From an uncultured Chloroflexia bacterium (GTDB taxonomy: Bacteria > Chloroflexota > Limnocylindria > Limnocylindrales > CSP1-4): DNA of 64,000 nucleotides. Each line of letters starts with the position of its first letter. Positions within the stretch are counted from its first letter, which is position 1. A program made the position numbers and the translations under genes. The notes beneath the pieces are model-generated. The model saw nothing but the letters and a program-made list of their open reading frames with translations. It had not been told where the DNA came from and made no database searches. This document shows positions 37,633-46,988 of this stretch, one piece after another. The stretch spans positions 64,001 to 128,000 of the forward strand of contig CAVVNQ010000007.1 of NCBI GenBank assembly GCA_963749705.1, read 5' to 3'.

Positions 37633-39084
37633 ATGACGACCACTCCGTCCCCTCACCCGCACGGCACACCGCCCCCGCGCTCGGACGCGTTCGTGTTCTT
37701 CGGCGCCACCGGGGACCTGGCGTTCAAGCAGATCTTCCCCGCCCTTGCGGGTCTCATCCGCGACGATGGCTGGACGATGCCGATCATCGGCATCGCGCGC
37801 CATGGCGACCTGGCGTCGCTGCGGGACCGTGCCCGGGACAGCCTGGCGGCCCACGGCATCAGCGACCCCGGGATCCTCGCCAGGCTCCAGGCCCAGCTCC
37901 AGTTCATCGATGGCTCCGACGACGATCCCGAGACGTTCCGGCGGTTGCACGACGCGCTCGGTGGTGCCCGACATCCACTCCACTACCTGGCGATCCCGCC
38001 GGCCCTGTTCGGCGAGGTTGTCAGGCTGCTGGGCGCCTCGCACTGCGCGGACGGAGCCCGGGTCATCGTCGAGAAGCCGTTCGGCCGCGATCTCGCGGGT
38101 GCCCGGCTTCTCAACCGGACGCTCCACGAGGTGTTCGCGGAGCCGCAGATCTTCCGGATCGACCACTACCTGGGCAAGGAGCCGGTCCAGAACCTGCTGT
38201 ACTTCCGGTTCGCGAACCGCTTCCTCGAGCCGATCTGGAACTCGAACCACGTGTCCTCGGTGCAGATCACGATGGCCGAGGCATTCGACGTGGCCGATCG
38301 CGGCGCGTTCTACGACAGCGCGGGGGCGATCCGCGACGTGATCCAGAACCACCTCCTCCAGACAGTCGCCATCCTGGCCATGGAGCCACCGTCCGGGCTG
38401 GCGATGGAGGGGCTCCGCAACGAGAAGTTCAAGGTGCTCGACTCGATCCGTCCCGTCGCGCCCGGCGACGTCGTCCGGGGCCAGTACGAGGGATACCGCA
38501 AGGTTCGGGGCGTTGCCGCGGATTCGCGGGTCGAGACGTTCGCCGCCATCCGGCTCCATGTCGACACCTGGCGCTGGGGTGGCGTCCCGTTCCACATCAG
38601 GACCGGAAAGTGCCTGCCGGTGACCGCGACGGAGGTGCTCGTCGAGCTGCGGCAACCGCCGGTCGACGTATTCCCCGAGCATGAGCCCATGGATGCGAAC
38701 TACCTGCGGTTCCGGTTGACGCCGGACATGTCGATCTCGCTCGGTGCGCTGGCCAAGGCACCCGGCGAGCGGATGGTCGGCGAGCCCGTCGAGCTGTTCG
38801 CGAGCCACGACTCCGGGGCCGAGCTGCCGCCGTATCAGCGACTCATCGGCGATGCCGCCCAGGGCGACCAGATGCTGTTCGCCCGCGAGGACACGGTGGA
38901 GGCGGCATGGCGGATCGTGGGACCCGCGCTGGACCCCGACGGGCCGCCCACGCCGTATCGGCGCGGGACCTGGGGGCCGGACGCGGCGGACGAGCTGATC
39001 GCTCCCGGCCGGTGGCACGCACCGCGGCCGGCCGCGGTCCACACCGAGGCCGCCGCCGCATCCCGGACAAGGGGGAGCGGCTGA
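37633..39084 (+). CDS. zwf: Glucose-6-phosphate 1-dehydrogenase
   Basis: [28 protein letters not shown]. Confidence 0.95.
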   Translation: MTTTPSPHPHGTPPPRSDAFVFFGATGDLAFKQIFPALAGLIRDDGWTMPIIGIARHGDLASLRDRARDSLAAHGISDPGILARLQAQLQFIDGSDDDPETFRRLHDALGGARHPLHYLAIPPALFGEVVRLLGASHCADGARVIVEKPFGRDLAGARLLNRTLHEVFAEPQIFRIDHYLGKEPVQNLLYFRFANRFLEPIWNSNHVSSVQITMAEAFDVADRGAFYDSAGAIRDVIQNHLLQTVAILAMEPPSGLAMEGLRNEKFKVLDSIRPVAPGDVVRGQYEGYRKVRGVAADSRVETFAAIRLHVDTWRWGGVPFHIRTGKCLPVTATEVLVELRQPPVDVFPEHEPMDANYLRFRLTPDMSISLGALAKAPGERMVGEPVELFASHDSGAELPPYQRLIGDAAQGDQMLFAREDTVEAAWRIVGPALDPDGPPTPYRRGTWGPDAADELIAPGRWHAPRPAAVHTEAAAASRTRGSG

Positions 39085-39108
39085 TCGTTCGCGGGTGCGC
39101 CGCCGGGC

Positions 39109-39438
39109 TCAGCCGGCGGACGCGTCCAGGACCGCTCGCCGCGCGTCGCCGCTCGCGCCGAGCCGGACGCGGATGCCCATGCGCTCGAGCATGTTGGCCA
39201 TGGGCGGGCCCATGTGACCCGTGACCACGACCTGCACCGCGTGATCCTGGAGGAACCGTGCGATCCGGGCGTGGTGGCTGCCCTCGGTGCCCGTGTCATG
39301 CAGCGCATCCCAGCCGACGTCGAAGGTCTCCCAGCGGGTGGTCGCGCCATCGACAACATCGGCGACGGCCACGCGGGCGGCGCGACCCCAGCCGGCGTCG
39401 ATCATGTCGGTCGCGGTGACGGGGATGCATACGATCAT
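39109..39438 (-). CDS. NifB/NifX-family (FeMo-co binding-like) small protein
   Basis: IVCIPV..WGRA..VVVTGHMGP..LERMGIRV. Confidence 0.75.
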   Translation of the reverse strand: MIVCIPVTATDMIDAGWGRAARVAVADVVDGATTRWETFDVGWDALHDTGTEGSHHARIARFLQDHAVQVVVTGHMGPPMANMLERMGIRVRLGASGDARRAVLDASAG

Positions 39439-39500
39439 GGTCCTGGCTCCCTGCTCACGGCCCGGCGCTTGGGGCGGGCCGTCCTGATCGTCGCACGCTC

Positions 39501-39540
39501 GGCCATCAGGGGCCGTCAGGGGCCGTCAGGGGCCGCCAGG
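39501..39540. repeat. 10-bp tandem repeat GGCCGTCAGG x4 (degenerate)
   Basis: Directly visible; spans the stop codon of the J-domain gene. Confidence 0.8.
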
Positions 39541-40572
39541 GCCGCAGGAAACCGAGCCCTCGACGCGGATCGACGCGGTGGCGCCCGTCAGCTGGACGTC
39601 GAACGCGTACCCGGATGCCGACGGGGACACGGAGCCGGGATCGCTGCCCGCCAGCCAGTACAGGTCGAGCGCGGGGTCGTCGAAGCTCATCCCCATCGTC
39701 CACGATCCGGTCGTGTCATCGAGCTCCAGCGACCATGCGGCGGGGGATCCCGGGCCGGACGCGAGTCGGAAGCCGTGCGGCGCTGCGGGCGACTCCCCGG
39801 GCTCGTCCACCGCGGTGCAGGAGCTGGTCGGACCCAGCGTGGCGACGTCGTGCTCGACGTAGTCGCCGCTGAACCGGAGATCGGCCGTACCGGTCGTGAC
39901 ATGGGGTGACCCGCCGGCGGCGCCCGACGGCGACGGGATCGCGGTCGCGGCCACGGTCGGGGTCTCCGTGGAGGTGGCCCGAGGCGTCGGTTCGCCGGGC
40001 GAGCTCGCCGCGAGCACGGGCGGGCTCGCGGTCGGGGCGAGCGTCGGTGATTGCGTCGCCACGAGGCCGCCGACCCCCGCGCCCCGGAGGCCGATGATGA
40101 CGCCTGCCACGACGAGGACCCCGATGACCGCGATGACCGCCAGTGCCTGCACGACCGCCGGGGATTGGCGCCGGCGGCGCCGCGGTCCTGCCGCCGCTGT
40201 CCGGTGTGCTCCGGCCGTCGTGCGCCACCGCCACGCGCCCGGTGTCCCCGGCGCGGTGCGTGGCGATCGGGGCGCCGGTCGACGGCGGGCTGCCGGCGCC
40301 GGCGCTGCCCGCCGGGCCGCCGGTGTTGCCGGGGCGGTCGTCCTGGCGCGCCGCGACGCGTCGTACCTGGCCCTGCGCCCGGGATCGGTCAGCCAGCTTC
40401 GGGCGAGGTTGAGGCGCTTGGACCGCTCGAGGCCACCCGGACCGGCCAGGTCCGGGTGGCTGCGCTTCATCTGCGCCCGGTACGCGGCCTCGATCGCCTC
40501 GAGCGTCGCCCCGGGTTCGACCTCGAGCTCGGCGTACAGGTCCAGGTGCGGGATCGGATCCCTGTCGCCCAA
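39526..40572 (-). CDS. J-domain membrane protein (N-terminal DnaJ domain, TM helix, extracellular beta domain)
   Basis: DLYAELEV..IEAAYR..SHPD..LNLARSWLTDP.RRARYD. Confidence 0.8.
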   Translation of the reverse strand: MGDRDPIPHLDLYAELEVEPGATLEAIEAAYRAQMKRSHPDLAGPGGLERSKRLNLARSWLTDPGRRARYDASRRARTTAPATPAARRAAPAPAARRRPAPRSPRTAPGTPGAWRWRTTAGAHRTAAAGPRRRRRQSPAVVQALAVIAVIGVLVVAGVIIGLRGAGVGGLVATQSPTLAPTASPPVLAASSPGEPTPRATSTETPTVAATAIPSPSGAAGGSPHVTTGTADLRFSGDYVEHDVATLGPTSSCTAVDEPGESPAAPHGFRLASGPGSPAAWSLELDDTTGSWTMGMSFDDPALDLYWLAGSDPGSVSPSASGYAFDVQLTGATASIRVEGSVSCGPGGP

Positions 40573-40686
40573 GCCGCAGGCTCCGTGGGTGGCTCCTCAC
40601 CAGGCCGGATCGGCATCCGGCCGGGCGATGCTACCCGTGACGAGGCGCCTGCGTCGTTCCGGTCGCCTCCACGCCCGACGCGGTCG

Positions 40687-41214
40687 TCAGGCCTCGCTCG
40701 TCGTCCAGGCGCCTACGGCCATGAGCGCCGCCCCGGCGTAGTAGCCGAGGCCGCCGATATCGTCCGCGAGGTTGTCGAAGATGCCGTTCCGCAGCTCGTA
40801 CGGCAGATCCACGATCGCGAGGGCCGCGACGCCGAGTCCGGCCGCCCGGATGACCGTGCTCTCGCTCACCGGAAGCTTGCCGTTGCGGACGTGGATGACG
40901 AACGCCGCCGCCAGCACGGCGAGGGCGAGGACGAACGCCACGTCCCCGACCCAGTACTCCTCGAGCACGAGGCCGAACAGCAGCTGGACAACCATCAGCA
41001 GCGCCGCGCCCGCAACCGCCATCTGCTCCGCGCGCCCGAGACGGCCAAATGCCGCGGTCGCGGCGGACGCGGCGTCGGCGGCCGCGTTGGCCGGCGCGGC
41101 GCTCGTCGCACCCGGGGCGGCACCAGCCGCATTCCAGCCATCCGTCGCCGGCGGGCCCGGGGGCGGAGTCGGTTGGGCCGGAGAGACGCCGGGGTCCTGG
41201 TTCAGGTCGCTCAT
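40687..41214 (-). CDS. Hypothetical 4-TM membrane protein
   Basis: Strong RBS GGGAGG; four hydrophobic segments. Confidence 0.7.
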   Translation of the reverse strand: MSDLNQDPGVSPAQPTPPPGPPATDGWNAAGAAPGATSAAPANAAADAASAATAAFGRLGRAEQMAVAGAALLMVVQLLFGLVLEEYWVGDVAFVLALAVLAAAFVIHVRNGKLPVSESTVIRAAGLGVAALAIVDLPYELRNGIFDNLADDIGGLGYYAGAALMAVGAWTTSEA

Positions 41215-41313
41215 GAGGACCTCCCTTCCGAGCTCAAGGCTACCTCGGTGGGCAACCCCAGCCCGCCGGGGGACGGCGCGCCGGCCAAGCGCCAGCCGCT
41301 CGAGGCCCGTGCG

Positions 41314-41799
41314 TCAGCCGCGCGCCTCGAACGATCCCGAGATCCGGGCGTTCGGGAGCGTCGTCCCGCTCGAGCTCGTCGCCGTCGGCGCTGCGCAGTC
41401 GAACGTTCCCGACGACAGGGCGGCGTCGAGCTTGAGGTCCGGCGCCTGGCAATCGGCGGACGGGATGGTGACCGTCGACCCCGCGTACTCCACGGTCACC
41501 GCCCCGTCGAGGACCTGGATGATCAGCGTATCGTCCGCCCCGTCGTTCGCGAACGAGAGGAAGCTCTGGGCGTCGCCGCCGAAGAAGCTCCGCGAGGCCG
41601 AGTAGCCGAGCGCATCACCGAACGGGTTCGGGATCCCGGTGACCTCGAACGTGACCTTGCCGCCGGCATCCCATCCGGCCGGCGTGCCCTCGGCAAGGTC
41701 CGGTGACTCGGAGGCCGTCGCACCGGGGCTCGAGGAAGACCCGCCGCATGCCGCGAGCAGGACGAGACCCAGGCACAGGGCGAGTGCTCGACCGAGCAT
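41314..41799 (-). CDS. Hypothetical lipoprotein
   Basis: Lipobox LAAC, linker, beta-rich domain; RBS GAGG. Confidence 0.75.
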   Translation of the reverse strand: MLGRALALCLGLVLLAACGGSSSSPGATASESPDLAEGTPAGWDAGGKVTFEVTGIPNPFGDALGYSASRSFFGGDAQSFLSFANDGADDTLIIQVLDGAVTVEYAGSTVTIPSADCQAPDLKLDAALSSGTFDCAAPTATSSSGTTLPNARISGSFEARG

Positions 41800-42015
41800 G
41801 GCGAGACCTCTTCATCGATGACGGATGTGCGCGTTGAAGGCCGGCGGCGCGACGCTCTGGACCCGAACGGTGACCTCGCCGGGCGCCGCCCGATCATGCT
41901 ACCAATGCGAACGCCGATGGCGACCGACGACCGGCGGCTCACGGCGGTCCGCAGCCATCCGGCATCGCGGGTTGGGAGCCCGAGGGCGGCCGGCAAGCCG
42001 TTCGGACGAGCCCCG

Positions 42016-42888
42016 CTAGGCTGACACCGTCGCCGGTGGGGCGTCGCGAACGACGACGACATCGAGGCCGGCACTACGGCCCGCGATCGGGATCGACCGC
42101 TGCTCGACGCCCTCGACGGGCAGGCCGGCGCGATCCCAGGCCGCCCGACCGACCACGAGCTCCCCGGGCCCCGCGACGGACCCCAGTCGCGCCGCCACGT
42201 TCACGGTGTCGCCGAGCGCCGAGAAGTCCAGCCGGTCGCCGGAGCCGAGGGCCCCGACGAACGCGGGGCCGGTGTGGACCCCGACCCCGACGCGCACCCC
42301 GCCATCGACCAGCCGCGGCCGGCGCGCGGCTGCGAGCAGGTCCCGGCCCGCCATGATGGCGCGCCCCGCGTGATCCTCGCCCGAGAAGACCGGCACGAAC
42401 AGCGCCATGACCCCGTCGCCCATGAACTTGTCGATCATCCCGCCGTTCCGGGTGACGGCCCCGCTCGTCACCTGGTAGAACTCCTGGATCAGGCGGCGGA
42501 AGCCTGCCGCCGTCACCTGCTCGGCCAGCCCCGTCGAGCCGCGAACATCGGCGAACAGGACCGAGGTCTCCACCTCGGCGCCGCCCGGATGCTTGCCCAG
42601 GTCACGGAAGCACGCGTTGCACAGGAGCGGGTTCTGGTTGCTCTGTCCGTGCATGATCAGCGACGTGAGGATCCGGCCCGGCCCGTGGAACGGCGAGTTG
42701 CAGAACTTGCAGCGAGGATCCGAAGGCACCACGCCCCACACCTTCCGGATCCGGAGCATGGCCCTGTCGGTGCCGGTCAGGATGGCTCGCCACGCCTCGG
42801 TTCGGGCCGCGTCCGCGGCATCATTGGCTGGCGCGGGGTCGGGATCGGCGGGCGCGTCGGGTGGCTGGAGCTCGGGACGCTCGGTCAC
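42016..42888 (-). CDS. Class III adenylate cyclase with N-terminal Zn-ribbon
   Basis: CKFC..CNAC; FADVRGST, DKFMGDG, DFSALGDTVNVAARL. Confidence 0.9.
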   Translation of the reverse strand: MTERPELQPPDAPADPDPAPANDAADAARTEAWRAILTGTDRAMLRIRKVWGVVPSDPRCKFCNSPFHGPGRILTSLIMHGQSNQNPLLCNACFRDLGKHPGGAEVETSVLFADVRGSTGLAEQVTAAGFRRLIQEFYQVTSGAVTRNGGMIDKFMGDGVMALFVPVFSGEDHAGRAIMAGRDLLAAARRPRLVDGGVRVGVGVHTGPAFVGALGSGDRLDFSALGDTVNVAARLGSVAGPGELVVGRAAWDRAGLPVEGVEQRSIPIAGRSAGLDVVVVRDAPPATVSA

Positions 42889-43040
42889 CGCGCCAGACTA
42901 GGGCGAGCATGCGCGATGAGCAAGGTCGAGATCGGGTTGTGGAACCGGGTCCGTCTCCTGGAGGACGCGGCCGGCCGGCGAGGTGCATTCCGGGCGGCGC
43001 GGCCGGAGGCATCCGTGACCGGCCGGCCGGCGTACGCCCG

Positions 43041-43586
43041 ATGAGCGGGTCGCCCCAGGTGAGGCGCGCGACCACGGACGACGTCGACGCGATCGTCACG
43101 CTCCATGCCCGCTCGTGGCAGGTCGCCTACCGCGGGCTCATCCCGGACGCGATGATCGACCGTGTCATCACCCAGCGGGAGGCTCGCACGGAGCGGATCC
43201 GGGCCGTCGTGACCGATGCGGACGATCCCAGGCGCGCGTGGGTCGTCGTCGATCGCGGCGTGGTGGTCGGGTTCTCGATCGTCGGCCCGAGCCGCGATCC
43301 GGACGCGCCCGACGACACCGGCGAGGTCCACACCATCTACCTGGACCCCGATGCATTCGGGATGGGCATCGGGCGGACGCTGTTCTCCCGGGTGACCCAG
43401 GATCTGCGCGACTGCGGGTATCTGCGGGCGACCCTGTGGGTTCTCGAGGCGAACGCCCGCGCGCGACGGTTCTACGAGGCGGCCGGCTGGGCGTTCGACG
43501 GCACGACCCGCGACGACGAGCGGCCGGACGGCATCGTCCGCAACGCGCGCTACCGGCGCGACCTCGAGGACATCGCGGGACGCTGA
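43041..43586 (+). CDS. GNAT N-acetyltransferase
   Basis: SWQVAYRGL, FGMGIGRTL, LWVLEANARARRFYE. Confidence 0.88.
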   Translation: MSGSPQVRRATTDDVDAIVTLHARSWQVAYRGLIPDAMIDRVITQREARTERIRAVVTDADDPRRAWVVVDRGVVVGFSIVGPSRDPDAPDDTGEVHTIYLDPDAFGMGIGRTLFSRVTQDLRDCGYLRATLWVLEANARARRFYEAAGWAFDGTTRDDERPDGIVRNARYRRDLEDIAGR

Positions 43587-43588
43587 GC

Positions 43589-44152
43589 TCAGGTCGGCGG
43601 CGGGGCCGGGCGATCGAGGTCGAACACGAGCTCCTCGCCGTCGAACTCGTCCTCCTGCACGCCCACCTGGTGAAAGCCGAACGAGCGGATGATCGCCAGG
43701 GACGGCTCGTTGCCCGGCGACACGGAGGCGCGGAACCGGTGGCAGCCCTGCGACTCCGCCCAGTCGAGGAGCGCCGCCACGCACTCGGTCGCGATCCCTC
43801 GCCGGCGAAAGGCCGGCTCCACCCGGTAGCCGACCTCGGCTCGCCCGTCCTCGTCGGGCGGCGCATGGAACCCGATCGTGCCGATCAGCTCGCGTCGCCC
43901 GTCGGGATGCGTCCAGATGATCCCGCGCCCCAGCCACGGCCGGCTGTCGGGGTCCGCCCTGAGCGACGGGATCCGGTAGTCGAGGAAGTGGCCCAGCTGC
44001 TCGCGAAGATCGACAGGCAGCACGGCGTCCATCTCGCGCACGGCCACGTCGTGGTCGGCCGCGACGAGCGCCTCCATGAACGCGAGCGACATCGACCGGA
44101 GCTCGACGCGCGGCGTACGGATGACGAGGGTGTCGGACGGATCGTCGGGCAT
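43589..44152 (-). CDS. GNAT acetyltransferase (RimJ/RimL-like)
   Basis: EVGYRV..RRRGIATE..NEPSL..FGF. Confidence 0.85.
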   Translation of the reverse strand: MPDDPSDTLVIRTPRVELRSMSLAFMEALVAADHDVAVREMDAVLPVDLREQLGHFLDYRIPSLRADPDSRPWLGRGIIWTHPDGRRELIGTIGFHAPPDEDGRAEVGYRVEPAFRRRGIATECVAALLDWAESQGCHRFRASVSPGNEPSLAIIRSFGFHQVGVQEDEFDGEELVFDLDRPAPPPT

Positions 44153-44194
44153 CGGCCGGAGGATACCGGGCCGAGCCCGCGATCGGGGGATCGG

Positions 44195-44449
44195 TCAGGA
44201 GAGTCTCGACCAGCGGCCGAGCGCCCAGTCCGCCTCGCGCACGCGGCGGTCGTCGAGGGCGGGGTCAGCGCGTCCCCGTCCGATGACGGTGACGCGGTCG
44301 TCGGCGTCCGTGGCCGGCTGCGCGGTCCACTCCCGGAGCACGGCCGCGGCGCGTGCGACGAGACCGAGGCCGCGCGACGGCGCCGGCCGGGTCATGGTGA
44401 CGGTGTTCGGGCCGGGCTCGCAGACCCGGAGATCGTTCGTTGCGACCAT
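44195..44449 (-). CDS. Small hypothetical protein divergent from MarR
   Basis: ATG 44449 preceded by GAGGA; sits under the operator cluster. Confidence 0.45.
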   Translation of the reverse strand: MVATNDLRVCEPGPNTVTMTRPAPSRGLGLVARAAAVLREWTAQPATDADDRVTVIGRGRADPALDDRRVREADWALGRWSRLS

Positions 44450-44477
44450 CGCATTGTCCTCGGCGACTTCGCGACCG

Positions 44478-44596
44478 GCTTTCGATGTCAAGACTCTCGA
44501 TCTCGAAGTACTTCGAGGAATGTACGGCATAGAGTCGTTTGATGTCAAGAGGTATGACCAAGAGTATCTTGACACTGCGACGGTATTGGTGATACT
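44478..44596. promoter_or_regulatory. Cluster of PecS/UrtR-like MarR operators plus sigma70-type promoter
   Basis: TTTCGATGTCAAGA (44480), TTTGATGTCAAGA (44538), perfect CTCGAAGTACTTCGAG (44502-44517), TATCTTGACA (44565); TTGACA 44569 and GATACT 44591. Confidence 0.65.
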
Positions 44597-44602
44597 CGGA
44601 GC

Positions 44603-45178
44603 ATGGACGACGAGGGCGAACAGCTCGACGAGATCGATCAGTGGCTCCGGGTGTGGGAGCGCGAGATCCCTGACCTCGACCCGCTCACCGAGGGGATCGT
44701 CGAGCAAATCGGCATCCTGGCCAAGGCGTTCGGCCGCTCGATGGACGAGACGCTGGCGGTGTACGGCCTCGACCGGCGCTCGTACCACCTCCTCGGCCGG
44801 TTGCGCAGCTACGGGCCGCCGTACCAGCGCTCACCCGGCCAGCTGGCATCGGACATGCACCTGTCCAGCGGTGCGATGACCAACCGCCTCGATCGCATGG
44901 AGGCCGCGGGCCTCATCCGTCGCCTGGCGGATCCCAGCGATCGACGGGGCACGATCATCGAGCCGACCGAGCATGGCCACGCGACATGGGATCGCACCGT
45001 CGGCACCCAGGCGCGCCGCGAGGCGATGATCGCGTCCGTCCTTGATCCCGCTGAGCGCGCCGAGCTGTTCCGCCTGCTGCGTCATCTCATGCGGGCGTTC
45101 CCCGACGAAGCCCACAAGCTCCCCGAGGATCAAAAGGCGAAGGCCGTGGCGAGCGATCCCGGCCGCACGGCGTCCTGA
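44603..45178 (+). CDS. MarR family regulator, PecS/TamR/UrtR-like
   Basis: N-terminal W..E.PDLD helix, GPPY, SSGAMTNRLDRME, DRRG. Confidence 0.88.
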   Translation: MDDEGEQLDEIDQWLRVWEREIPDLDPLTEGIVEQIGILAKAFGRSMDETLAVYGLDRRSYHLLGRLRSYGPPYQRSPGQLASDMHLSSGAMTNRLDRMEAAGLIRRLADPSDRRGTIIEPTEHGHATWDRTVGTQARREAMIASVLDPAERAELFRLLRHLMRAFPDEAHKLPEDQKAKAVASDPGRTAS

Positions 45179-45261
45179 TCCTGCCGCTCGCCGTCCTCAC
45201 GTGGGCTCGGCGGGCGTCCGTTCCGTCCCGGGGCCGGCGGCCCGGTCGCTGTGACCTGCCC

Positions 45262-46227
45262 TCAGGCGCCGGTGCCGATCGTCGTCCTGACCGCCTCGCG
45301 GAGGTAGGCCAGCACCCTGGGGTCGATCCAGCCCGCGGCGGCGGTTCGCTCCTCGAGGTTCTCCACGGCCATCCATGACAGGAGCCGTTCCTGCCATGCG
45401 TCATCCCATCCGTCGGCGAACGGGCGTGGCTCGCCCACGAACGGCCGCTCCTCGTCCGCCTCGCTCTCATCGGGCCACATCGGCGCATACACGGGGGCGA
45501 CCGTCGCGCCGATGCCCCATCCGAGCCGCTCGAGCCCTTCGCGGAGCTCGCTCGCGAGCAACGCGTCGACGGCGATCAGCTCGATCGGCGTCGGTCGCTC
45601 CAGGTACAGGTGCGTGAGGTCCAGCAGCCGGCCGAGCTCCGCGATCGGGTCGGGGTGGTCGTCCACGCGAAGGTCGATCCAGCGGTCGTTGCCGCCGCCG
45701 TATCCACCACCCTCGCGCACGATCAGGAGGGCCGCGGACTGGCGGCCGCGCCGGTCACCGCCGGCCGCATCGGCGGCGGCGAGGCACGCGACCAGCAGGT
45801 CCGGAAACGGACGGCCCCCGGCCTCGAACGTGTCCGCCAGCCCGTCGACGACCCCCGCTCCGGCGAGGATGTTGCCCTGGGCCGCAAAGTCCGGGCCCGT
45901 GCGTCCGCCGGCCCATGCAAAGCAGGACCGGCCGGTGAACGTCGCCGCCCGCCCCTGCGCGTCGACGACACCCGCCTGACGCTGCTGGCGCATCTCATCG
46001 GCGTCGACGAGCGCGGCGAGCGTCTGCTCGGCGCTCGCCCCGCCTTCGAGGAGCGCCAGCCCGTCCGGTCCGAATCGGACGTTGGCATAGGACTGGGTGG
46101 CGATCGCGCCGACGCCGGCGCGGGCCCATGGGACGACCGACCCCACCGACAGGAACTTTGACTGGACCGCGACCCCCAGGTCACCGGTCGCTGGATCACG
46201 AGCGACGATCGAGAACGTCACGTCCAT
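45262..46227 (-). CDS. DUF1028 (Ntn-hydrolase-like) protein with C-terminal putative peptidoglycan-binding domain
   Basis: TFSIVARD..GVAVQS..GAIATQ, AQGNIL, GGDRRGRQSAAL, DLRVDDH, ENLEER. Confidence 0.88.
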   Translation of the reverse strand: MDVTFSIVARDPATGDLGVAVQSKFLSVGSVVPWARAGVGAIATQSYANVRFGPDGLALLEGGASAEQTLAALVDADEMRQQRQAGVVDAQGRAATFTGRSCFAWAGGRTGPDFAAQGNILAGAGVVDGLADTFEAGGRPFPDLLVACLAAADAAGGDRRGRQSAALLIVREGGGYGGGNDRWIDLRVDDHPDPIAELGRLLDLTHLYLERPTPIELIAVDALLASELREGLERLGWGIGATVAPVYAPMWPDESEADEERPFVGEPRPFADGWDDAWQERLLSWMAVENLEERTAAAGWIDPRVLAYLREAVRTTIGTGA

Positions 46228-46417
46228 GCCTCCTGCTTCTCGGCCGGCAAATCACCGGGCCAACGGTCGGCGTCCACCATCAGCCCCGCGGCGGACCCAT
46301 CATCCGTCCGAGCGCGGAGTGGTGCACGGGACGTTCCGCCCCGTCGCACGGCAGAGCCACGGCGAGCCCGCAGCCGGAATCCCGGTACGCTCGTGCCCCC
46401 TGCAAGGAGCCCCACGA

Positions 46418-46705
46418 TTGGAAGACTTCGAATCGCTCATGCGGCCGGGCGTCGTGACCGTCTACGGCGTCGACACCTGTGATGACACCACCCGGGCGCG
46501 TCGCCACCTGGACGCCGCGGGCACGCCGTACCGGTACGTGAACATGGACCTGGATCCAGCCGTCCGCGCGGTCGTCAGGAGGGCCGGGTATCTCGCGACA
46601 CCGGTGGTCCTGGCGCCGGCGGGTGGGGTGCTGGTCGAGCCGTCAGACGAGGATCTCGATGGGATCACCCGGTCCGAGCCGGGTGCCGCGCGCGATGGCG
46701 GGTAG
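46418..46705 (+). CDS. Glutaredoxin/mycoredoxin-like protein (CxxT, monothiol)
   Basis: VTVYGVDTCDDT, ATPVV (cis-Pro), LVEPS; TTG start after AAGGAG. Confidence 0.75.
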   Translation: MEDFESLMRPGVVTVYGVDTCDDTTRARRHLDAAGTPYRYVNMDLDPAVRAVVRRAGYLATPVVLAPAGGVLVEPSDEDLDGITRSEPGAARDGG

Positions 46706-46988
46706 GGTCCCGTGGCACGTCTACATCGAGCTGTTCACGAGCCGTGAGGCCGTCCGGCACATCACCATCGGATGCCCAGCTGGACGCCGCGATCGCATCC
46801 GGGGACGTCATGCAGGTCGACTCCGGGCTCGAGTTCCTGTGCTCGGTCGTGTCCGCCCGAACCTACCAGCGGGGCACGCCCGTCGGAGGCTGAGGCCTGG
46901 CGTTAGAGCGTTTCCCCTCGGATCCTCATTTGCCGCGTCGCTGGCGACGGGCGGGGTCAGCCGGTGATCAGGGGCGGGACGAGCTCGC

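Noticed and set aside
39109-39438. Nitrogen fixation gene
   Set aside because: NifB/NifX-like small proteins are widespread outside diazotrophs, and no nif genes are nearby.
46418-46705. Selenocysteine in the glutaredoxin active site
   Set aside because: The TGA in TGTGATGAC is out of frame; the motif reads CDDT.
46706-46960. Possible gene remnant between the glutaredoxin and ferritin-like genes
   Set aside because: Short protein-like stretches in two frames, but no start/RBS or family motif I can support.
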